Below, piece after piece: positions 24,503 to 34,800 of a stretch of 64,000 nucleotides of DNA. The stretch is from Mobula hypostoma. Its lineage: Eukaryota. The stretch is from positions 1,302,001 to 1,366,000 of the forward strand of contig NC_086108.1 of the NCBI RefSeq assembly GCF_963921235.1, in the 5' to 3' direction. The notes under the pieces were generated by a model, which was not told the origin of the DNA, did no database searches, and saw nothing but the letters and a program-made list of their open reading frames with translations. Each line of letters begins with the position of its first letter. Position 1 is the first letter of the stretch. Position numbers and translations under genes: made by a program.

Positions 24503-25459
24503 TCAGCGGCCACTTCATTAGGTACGCCTGCTCATTAACACAAATATCTAATTAGCTGATTGTGTGGCAGCAACTCAATGTATAAAAGCATGATCAAGAG
24601 GGTCAGAGTGGGGAAAAAAATTTGATTTAAGTGGCTTTAACTATGGAATAATAATTGTTGGTGCCAGATAGAGGGATTTGAGTATCTCAGAAACTGCTGA
24701 TCTCCTGAAACTTTCACACACAATGTTCTCTGGAGTTTACAGAGGATGGTGCAAAAAAGCAGAAAAAAGACCATCCAGTGAGTGGCAGTTCTGTGGGTGA
24801 AAACACCTTGTCAACGAGAGAGGTCAGAGGAGAAAGGCCAGACTGGTTCAAGCCGACAGGAAGGTGACAGTAACTCAAACAATCAGGTGTTACAACAGTG
24901 GTGTGTGGAAGAGCATCTCTGTATGCTCGGTGGTTTGAACATTGAAGTGGAAGGACTACAGCAGCAGAAAACTACAAATGTACACTCAGTGGCTGCTTTA
25001 TCAGGGATCTTCATGGAGTCATAGAGAAGTACAGCAAGAAACAGGCCATTCAGCCCATCTAGTCCATGCCGAAACCATTTAAGCTGCCCACTCCAATTGA
25101 CCTGCACCGGGACCATAGCCCTCCATACTCCTACCATCCAGGTACCCGTCCAAACTTCTCTTAAATGTTGAAATCAAACTCGCATGCACCACTTGTGCTG
25201 GCAGCTCATTCCACACTCTCACCACCCTCCGAGTGAAGATGTTTCCCTTAAACGTTCACCTTTCACCCTTAACCCATAACTTCTGGTTTTAGTCCCACCC
25301 AATCGCTGTGGAAACAGCTTGTTTGCATTTACCCTATTTATACCTCTCAGAATTTTATATACCTCTATCAAATCTCCTCTCAATCTTCTGCATTCCAAGG
25401 AACCAAGTGCTAAACTATTCTAGTTACTCCTGTAACTGATTGAGTGGTCATTCAGTGTG
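24503..25459 (+). mobile_element. Non-autonomous Tc1/mariner-derived element (transposase N-terminal remnant), with CR1 inserted near its right end
   Basis: Left TIR tcagcggccacttcattaggtac. 24621-24974 translates in one frame as FDLSGFNYGIIIVGAR*RDLSISETADLLKLSHTMFSGVYRGWC...ERGQRRKARLVQADRKVTVTQ...KSIS (Tc1 paired-like HTH). There is an internal TIR copy at 24981-25005 and a degenerate right TIR ctcctgtaactgattgagtggtcattcagtgtg at 25427-25459. Confidence 0.85.
25012..25420 (-). mobile_element. 5'-truncated CR1 LINE (ORF2 C-terminus plus 3' UTR)
   Basis: Minus strand translates SLECRRLRGDLIEVYKILRGINRVNAN...FTRRVVRVWNELP...FKRSLDGYLD (CR1 RRLRGDLIE motif), with a (catrgag) tail at the left end. 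Confidence 0.9.
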
Positions 25460-25677
25460 TGATCACAATAAAGGAAAGCAATCCCTCACACATCACTAGT
25501 GGTTGTGATATCATCGGTTCACTTCATTGTAAGCCGAAAGAGGGAACTAATTCTGCCACATGGTGGTGATCTGACTCTTGTGTTCTCTCTTTCCAATGAC
25601 GTGACAGGTTTTGCTTTGTCAGATCTCAGCTTGGAAACTCTGACTGCCAGGCAAACTGAGGATGTTTTCCAAAAATC

Positions 25678-25802
25678 GAAACAGCTGCAGACGCTAGAAT
25701 TCGGGGATAAATGTCAGAGCGACTCCCTTGGTCAGGCAGCAGAGTTAACAAGTGATGTGATGGAGGAAATCGGTGGGGCTCGCAGCGTCAGTGGGCGGGG
25801 GG
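25678..25802 (-). mobile_element. Highly degenerate copies of the Penelope-like-derived repeat
   Basis: ctgcagacgctagaatt...ggtcaggcagc resembles ctgcagatgctggaaatt...ggccaggcagc at 21791-21857. Confidence 0.35.
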
Positions 25803-25819
25803 CGGTGGTGGTGTGGAAT

Positions 25820-26053
25820 CTCTGCATTGGGACTGTTGTGCCAGAGCATGATGAAACCAGTCAGGGTATTTTCACAGCAGCACACACAAAACACTGCAGG
25901 AACTCGGTGGGCCAGACAGTATCGATTGGAAAAGAGCGGACCGGACAATTCGGCCGAGACCCCTCATTTGGGCTGGAGAAAAACATGACATTCAGGATAC
26001 ATCTGTAGAAGTGAGAGCATTTGGTGACATACAGCGCTGCACAACTCCTTAGA
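25820..26053 (-). mobile_element. Rex1/Babar-like fragment interrupted by a degenerate Penelope-like-derived repeat (~25881-25975)
   Basis: gatgaaaccagtcagggtatttt and acatctgtagaa..tttggtgacatac are inverted-homologous to 23130-23195. The insert cacacaaaacactgcaggaactcggtgggccagacag...cggccgagacccctca resembles 21816-21905. Confidence 0.55.
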
Positions 26054-27015
26054 CACATATACAGTACTGTACAAAAGCCTCAGACATGGATGCAGTAATG
26101 TCCAAAATTCCTAGCATGTATACAGTACTGCACAAAAGCCTTAGGCCGCACGCAGTAGTGTAAAAAAACCTTAGACACAAATACAGTACTGTATAAAAAC
26201 CTTAGATAGGTGTACAGTACTGTATAAAAGCCTTAGACACGTGTACAGTACTGTACAAAATACAGATGCATACAGGACTGTACAAAATACAGACGCATAC
26301 AGGACTGTACAAAATACAGACACATATACAGTACTGTATAAAAACCTTAGATAGGTGTACAGTACTGTATAAAAGCCTTAGACACGTGTACAGTACTGTA
26401 CAAAATACAGACGTATACAGGACTGTACAAAATACAGATGCATACAGGACTGTACAAAATACAGACACATATACAGTACTGTATAAAAACCTTAGATAGG
26501 TGTACAGTACTGTATAAAAGCCTTAGACATGTGTACAGTACTGTACAAAATACAGACGTATACAGGACTGTACAAAATACAGACGCATACAGGACTGTAC
26601 AAAATACAGACGCATATACAGTACTGTATAAAAACCTTAGACACGTGTACAGTACTGTACAAAATACAGACGTATACAGGACTGTACAAAATACAGACGT
26701 ATACAGGACTGTGCAAAAGACTTAGACATGTATACAGGACTGTACAAAAGATTTAGACATGCACACAGTTCTGTACAAAAGCCTCAGTCACGTATGCAGT
26801 AATGTCAAAACCTTTGGGCACATATACAATACTGCCCAAAAACCCTAGACAGGTATACAGTAATATAAAACGGCATAAGGCAGGTACACTAATGTGTAAA
26901 AGCCTTAGGCACGTAGATATATCGTGTAAAAACTTTAGGCGTGTAGATATATTGTATAAAAGCCTTAAGCATCTACACAGTAATGTACAAAGGCCTTACG
27001 AACGTACACAGTGCT
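26050..27015. repeat. AT-rich 27-31-bp minisatellite with a 145-bp higher-order unit (x~3) in its core
   Basis: Units cttagacacgtgtacagtactgtataaaagc and tacagacgcatacaggactgtacaaaa. The marker cttagatagg lies at 26201, 26346 and 26491. The flanks are degenerate. Confidence 0.95.
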
Positions 27016-27021
27016 GTAGAG

Positions 27022-27512
27022 GTAGGCAGCGTCGATCCCGGGGATCATGGGTTTGCACCTCTGGTGCACTGTGTCCTCTCCAGGGCACAAGCCTGGGTGG
27101 GCAGATTTGAAGAACCGGCTGTTGCCCATGCAGTGGGTTCCCCCTCTCCACATCACTGATGGAGTCCAAGGGAAGGGCAAGCAGGATACAGCTTGGCACC
27201 AGTGTCGTCGCAGAGGTTGCCAGAGTGAAGTTGTAAACAACATCGAACTGCCTCAGGGACCCCGGCTCCGCATTTCTTCCTCGCGGTTTACTCCCGAAGC
27301 CTTTCCCGTGGGTAGGTATGGCCGCAAGGCAGGGCAGGAGGATTTGAAGATCCAGTTGTTGCCCATGCAGCAGGATTCCCCTCTCCGCGTCAGTGATGTA
27401 GTCCAAGGACTACAGGCTGCCATCCAAGGCTGACAAGCCCCACCTGCCCGAAGCAACTGGGTTTGAGGTGCCTGGGGCCCACCTTTACCCATTCTCTTGT
27501 CAGTAGAAACGC
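27022..27512 (-). mobile_element. Interspersed repeat resembling the 5' region of an RTE-clade retroelement
   Basis: GC-rich segment with motifs (ggtttactcccgaagcc, ggctgacaagccccacctgcccgaagc, cagtagaaacg) that I recall from elasmobranch RTE-like repeats. No ORF support. Family and strand are tentative. Confidence 0.45.
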
Positions 27513-27599
27513 AATCCTGTCCCACCATTCAACATGATCTAACCTACCGCATCGTACTCTTCAACGGTTAATCTGTTCTGTACCTGACAATATTTAATT

Positions 27600-27981
27600 T
27601 ACTGTATGGTTGTCTCGTTTGACAGTGTTCTTGTATTATACATTTGTCTTGTTTGACAGTGTACATATACTGTATGGTTGTCTCATTTGATGGTATATGT
27701 GTACTGTATGGTTGTCTCGTTTGACAGTGTACATATACTGTATGGTTGTCTCATTTGATGGTATATGTGTACTGTATGGTTGTCTCATTTGATGGTATAT
27801 GTGTACTGTATGGTTGTCTCGTTTGACAGTGTTCTTGTATTATACATTTGTCTTGTTTGACAGTGTACATATACTGTATGGTTGTCTCATTTGATGGTAT
27901 ATGTGTACTGTATGGTTGTCTCATTTGATAGTGTACATATACTGTATGGTTGTCTCATTTGGCAGTACACATGTACTGTAC
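27600..27981. repeat. 34-bp minisatellite (~11 units) with a 204-bp super-period
   Basis: actgtatggttgtctc at 27601, 27669, 27703, 27737, 27771 and 27805. The variant gttcttgtattatacatttg occurs at 27627 and 27831. Confidence 0.95.
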
Positions 27982-28288
27982 ATAGTTAAACGACAATAAA
28001 TTGACATGGTTCAAAAGTGGAGAACTTGATCGGCGTGGACAAATTGGGGAAAAGTGTTGGTTTCCAGAAAGTACAACTCTGTTACAGTGATAACACCCAG
28101 ATGATCTGTTTTTGGGTGAATGTGGCAGAGGTTTCCTGGTGAAAACTTGGCTTCTGCCTGCATACTGGTTTCCTGGGTCTATTAAGTACACCTAGAAGTG
28201 GTTTTGGTTTTTGATGAAGGTCTCAGGCCAGAAATATCAACTCTGCTTTAAAACAAGGCAAGATGTACAGAGCAGCCTCATCTTCCAG

Positions 28289-28850
28289 CAAGATGGCGTC
28301 AGGGACCATCAGTGACATCTGGCAGACAGCTTACAAAACTAACAGATATTCTTCTTCTTCTAAATATACTTCCTCTTCTTATTCTGAACTGCGATCCATT
28401 TCAGCCTGTAATGTTTTTTTGGGTCTTTGAAGCAATCTGACATCTCAGTGGTCTCCTGGTGGATTTGGCACAGGTGAGAGCAGAGAGCATAGCTACGGCC
28501 ACCTTTGCGGAACTGGTATGGTGGAACTGACTGGCAGTCAGTTCTATTACTCCACTCAGATAAAGCATTGAGCAAGATCAAAATCGTCAAGGACGAGAGT
28601 GGACAATGAACTGGCATTCAGAACTGCCTGCCTGCATTGGACAGGTCACATTTTGCTGCTGCTGGGGGCAGAAGCTGCAGGAGTCTTGGGTCCCACGTCA
28701 CCGGCTTTGGGATTAGCTCTTTACCTGCAGCCATCGAACTGCTGGACAGGCTTCACTCAGAACTCAACGTACTCCGCAGCCGTTCAAGTTCCTTGTGTTT
28801 TTGTTTAATTTTTTACTGTTTGCTCGATTTCATAAAGGCGCTTTTGAACT
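28289..28850 (+). mobile_element. Putative interspersed element beginning with a YY1-type CAAGATGGCG motif and running into the 42-bp array
   Basis: CAAGATGGCG at 28289-28298 followed by a pyrimidine-rich leader resembles recalled ray repeats. Not verifiable here. Confidence 0.3.
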
Positions 28851-31800
28851 GACACTGTGGCTGTAATTTACAGCCATTGCACAGCGCTGAACTGACTCCG
28901 CACTGTGAACTACAACCATCGCAGAGAGCTGAACTGACTCCACACTGTGATCTACAACCATCGCACAGCGCTGAACTGACTCCACACTGTGATCTGCGAA
29001 CATCGCACAGCGCTGAACTGACTCCACACTGTGATCTACAACTATCGCACAGCGCTGAACTGACTCCACACTGTGATCTCCAACCATCGCACAGCACTGA
29101 ACTGACTCCGCACTGTGATCTACAACCATCGCACAGCGCTGAACTGACTCCGCACTGTGATCTACAACCATCGCACAGCGCTGAACTGACTCCGCACTGT
29201 GATCTACAACCATCGCACAGCGCTGAACTGACTCTGCACTGTGATCTACAACCATCGCACAGCACTGAACTGACTCCGCACTGTGATCTACAACCATCGC
29301 ACAGCGCTGAACTGACTCCGCACTGTGATCTACAACCATCGCACAGCGCTGAACTGACTCCGCACTGTGATCTACAACCATCGCACAGCGCTGAACTGAC
29401 TCCACACTGTGATCTACAACCATCGCACAGCGCTGAACTGACTCCACACTGTGATCTACAACCATCGCACAGCGCTGAACTGACTCCACACTGTGATCTA
29501 CAACCATCGCACAGCACTGAACTGACTCCACACTGTGATCTACAACCATCGCACAGCGCTGAACTGACTCCACACTGTGATCTACAACCATCGCACAGCG
29601 CTGAACTGACTCCGCACTGTGATCTACGACCATCGCACAGCGCTGAACTGACTCCACACTGTGATCTACAACCATCGCACAGCGCTGAACTGACTCCGCA
29701 CTGTGATCTACGACCATCGCACAGCGCTGAACTGACTCCACACTGTGATCTACAACCATCGCACAGCGCTGAACTGACTCCGCACTGTGATCTACAACCA
29801 TCGCACAGCTCTGAACTGACTCCACACTGTGATCTACAACCATCGCACAGCACTGAACTGACTCTGTGGCTGTGATCTACAACCATCGCACAGCGCTGAA
29901 CTGACTCCACACTGTGATCTACAACCATCGCACAGCGCTGAACTGACTCCACACTGTGATCTACAACCATCGCACAGCGCTGAACTGACTCCGCACTGTG
30001 ATCTACAACCATCGCACAGCGCTGAACTGACTCCGCACTGTGATCTACAACCATCGCACAGCGCTGAACTGACTCCGCACTGTGATCTACAACCATCGCA
30101 CAGCGCTGAACTGACTCTGCGACTGTGATCTACAACCATCGCACAGCGCTGAACTGACTCTGCGACTGTGATCTACAACCATCGCACAGCGCTGAACTGA
30201 CTCCACACTGTGATCTACAACCATCGCACAGCGCTGAACTGACTCCGCACTGTGATCTACAACCATCGCACAGCGCTGAACTGACTCCACACTGTGATCT
30301 ACAACCATCGCACAGCGCTGAACTGACTCCGCACTGTGATCTACAACCATCGCACAGCTCTGAACTGACTCCACACTGTGATCTGCGACCATCGCACAGC
30401 ACTGAACTGACTCTGTGGCTGTGATCTAAAACCATCGCACAGCGCTGAACTGACTCCGCACTGTGATCTACAACCATCACACAGCGCTGAACTGACTCCA
30501 CACTGTGATCTACGACCATCGCACTGAGCTGAACTGACTCCACACTGTGATCTGCGAACATCGCACAGCACTGAACTGACTCCGCACTGTGATCGACAAC
30601 CATCGCACAGCGCTGAACTGACTCTGCGACTGTGATCTACAACCATCACACAGCACTGAACTGACTACACACTGTGATCTGCGACCATCGCACAGCGCAG
30701 AACTGACTCCACTCTGTGATCTACAACCATCGCACAGCTCTGAACTGACTCCGCACTGTGATCTACAACCATCGCACAGCTCTGAACTGACTCCGCACTG
30801 TGATCTACAACCATCGCACAGCGCTGAACTGACTCTGTGGCTGTGATCTACAGCCATTGCACAGCGCTGAACTGACTCCGCACTGTGATCTACAACCATC
30901 GCACAGCGCTGAACTGACTCCACACTGTGATCTACAACCATCGCACAGCGCTGAACTGACTCCACACTGTGATCTACAACCATCGCACAGCGCTGAACTG
31001 ACTCCGCACTGTGATCTACAACCATCGCACAGCGCTGAACTGACTCCGCACTGTGATCTACAACCATCGCACAGCGCTGAACTGACTCCGCACTGTGATC
31101 TACAACCATCGCACAGCGCTGAACTGACTCTGTGGCTGTGATCTACAACCATCGCACAGCGCTGAACTGACTCCACACTGTGATCTACGACCATCGCACA
31201 GCGCTGAACTGACTCCACACTGTGATCTACGACCATCGCACAGCACTGAACTGACTCTGTGGCTGTGATCTACAACCATCGCACAGCGCTGAACTGACTC
31301 CACACTGTGATCTACGACCATCGCACAGCGCTGAACTGACTCCACACTGTGATCTACGACCATCGCACAGCACTGAACTGACTCTGTGGCTGTGATCTAC
31401 AACCATCGCACAGCGCTGAACTGACTCCGCACTGTGATCTACAACCATCGCACAGCTCTGAACTGACTCCACACTGTGATCTGCGACCATCGCACAGCAC
31501 TGAACTGACTCCGCACTGTGATCTACAACCATCGCACAGCGCTGAACTGACTCCGCACTGTGATCTACAACCATCGCACAGCGCTGAACTGACTCCACAC
31601 TGTGATCTACAACCATCGCACAGCGCTGAACTGACTCCGCACTGTGATCTACAACCATCGCACAGCGCTGAACTGACTCCACACTGTGATCTACAACCAT
31701 CGCACAGCGCTGAACTGACTCCACACTGTGATCTACGACCATCGCACAGCACTGAACTGACTCTGTGGCTGTGATCTACAACCATCGCACAGCGCTGAAC

Positions 31801-34800
31801 TGACTCCGCACTGTGATCTACAACCATCGCACAGCGCTGAACTGACTCCGCACTGTGATCTACAACCATCGCACAGCGCTGAACTGACTCCGCACTGTGA
31901 TCTACAACCATCGCACAGCGCTGAACTGACTCCGCACTGTGATCTACAACCATCGCACAGCGCTGAACTGACTCCACACTGTGATCTACAACCATCGCAC
32001 AGCGCTGAACTGACTCCGCACTGTGATCTACAACCATCGCACAGCGCTGAACTGACTCTGTGGCTGTGATCTACAACCATCGCACAGCGCTGAACTGACT
32101 CCGCACTGTGATCTACAACCATCGCACAGCGCTGAACTGACTCCACACTGTGATCTACGACCATCGCACAGCGCTGAACTGACTCCACACTGTGATCTAC
32201 AACCATCGCACAGCACTGAACTGACTCTGTGGCTGTGATCTACAACCATCGCACAGCGCTGAACTGACTCCACACTGTGATCTACAACCATCGCACAGCG
32301 CTGAACTGACTCCGCACTGTGATCTACAACCATCGCACAGTGCTGAACTGACTCTGTGGCTGTGATCTGCAACCATCGCACAGCGCTGAACTGACTCCAC
32401 ACTGTGATCTACAACCATCGCACAGCACTGAACTGACTCTGTGGCTGTGATCTACAACCATCGCACAGCGCTGAACTGACTCCGCACTGTGATCTACAAC
32501 CATCGCACAGCGCTGAACTGACTCCGCACTGTGATCTACAACCATCGCACAGTGCTGAACTGACTCTGCACTGTGATTTACAACCATCGCACAGCGCTGA
32601 ACTGACTCCGCACTGTGATCTACAACCATCGCACAGCGCTGAACTGACTCCACACTGTGATCTACAACCATCGCACAGCGCTGAACTGACTCCACACTGT
32701 GATCTACAACCATCGCACAGCGCTGAACTGACTCCGCACTGTGATCTACGACCATCGCACAGCGCTGAACTGACTCCACACTGTGATCTACGACCATCGC
32801 ACAGCACTGAACTGACTCTGTGGCTGTGATCTACAACCATCGCACAGCGCTGAACTGACTCCACACTGTGATCTACGACCATCGCACAGCTCTGAACTGA
32901 CTGCACACTGTGATCTACGACCATCGCACAGCACTGAACTGACTCTGTGGCTGTGATCTACAACCATCGCACAGCGCTGAACTGACTCCACACTGTGATC
33001 TACGACCATCGCACAGCGCTGAACTGACTCCACACTGTGATCTACGACCATCGCACAGCACTGAACTGACTCTGTGGCTGTGATCTGCGACCATCGCACA
33101 GCACTGAACTGACTCTGTGGCTGTGATCTAAAACCATCGCACAGCGCTGAACTGACTCCGCACTGTGATCTACAACCATCGCACAGCGCTGAACTGACTC
33201 CGCACTGTGATCTACGACCATCGCACAGCGCTGAACTGACTCCACACTGTGATCTGCGAACATCGCACAGCACTGAACTGACTCCACACTGCGATCTACA
33301 ACCATCGCACAGCGCTGAACTGACTCTGCGACTGTGATCTACAACCATCGCACAGCGCTGAACTGACTCCACACTGTGATCTACAACCATCGCACAGCGC
33401 TGAACTGACTCCACACTGTGATCTACAACCATCGCACAGCGCTGAACTGACTCCACACTGTGATCTACAACCATCGCACAGCGCTGAACTGACTCCGCAC
33501 TGTGATCTACAACCATCGCACAGCGCTGAACTGACTCCGCACTGTGATCTACAACCATCGCACAGCGCTGAACTGACTCCGCACTGTGATCTACAACCAT
33601 CGCACAGCGCTGAACTGACTCCGCACTGTGATCTACAACCATCGCACAGCGCTGAACTGACTCCACACTGTGATCTACAACCATCGCACAGCGCTGAACT
33701 GACTCCACACTGTGATCTACGACCATCGCACAGCACTGAACTGACTCTGTGGCTGTGATCTGCAACCATCGCACAGCACTGAACTGACTCTGTGGCTGTG
33801 ATCTACAACCATCGCACAGCGCTGAACTGACTCCGCACTGTGATCTACAACCATCGCACAGCTCTGAACTGACTCCGCACTGTGATCTACGACCATCGCA
33901 CAGCGCTGAACTGACTCCACACTGTGATCTACGACCATCGCACAGCACTGAACTGACTCCGCACTGTGATCTACAACCATCGCACAGCGCTGAACTGACT
34001 CCGCACTGTGATCTACAACCATCGCACAGCGCTGAACTGACTCCACACTGTGATCTACGACCATCGCACAGCGCTGAACTGACTCCACACTGTGATCTAC
34101 GACCATCGCACAGCACTGAACTGACTCTGTGGCTGTGATCTACAACCATCGCACAGCACTGAACTGACTCTGTGGCTGTGATCTACAACCATCGCACAGC
34201 GCTGAACTGACTCCGCACTGTGATCTACAACCATCGCACAGCTCTGAACTGACTCCGCACTGTGATCTACGACCATCGCACAGCGCTGAACTGACTCCAC
34301 ACTGTGATCTGCGAACATCGCACAGCACTGAACTGACTCCGCACTGTGATCTACAACCATCGCACAGCGCTGAACTGACTCCACACTGTGATCTACAACC
34401 ATCGCACAGCGCTGAACTGACTCCACACTGTGATCTACAACCATCGCACAGCGCTGAACTGACTCCGCACTGTGATCTACAACCATCGCACAGCGCTGAA
34501 CTGACTCCACACTGTGATCTACAACCATCGCACAGCGCTGAACTGACTCCGCACTGTGATCTACAACCATCGCACAGCGCTGAACTGACTCCGCACTGTG
34601 ATCTACAACCATCGCACAGCGCTGAACTGACTCCGCACTGTGATCTACAACCATCGCACAGCGCTGAACTGACTCTGCACTGTGATCTACAACCATCGCA
34701 CAGCGCTGAACTGACTCCACACTGTGATCTACAACCATCGCACAGCGCTGAACTGACTCCATACTGTGATCTACAACCATCGCACAGCGCTGAACTGACT

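Noticed and set aside
24621..24974. Functional Tc1 transposase
   Set aside because: Three in-frame stops and no DDE catalytic domain.
25499..26008. 169-aa ORF in the island
   Set aside because: No ATG start and no recognisable domain; its 3' half runs through decayed repeat fragments.
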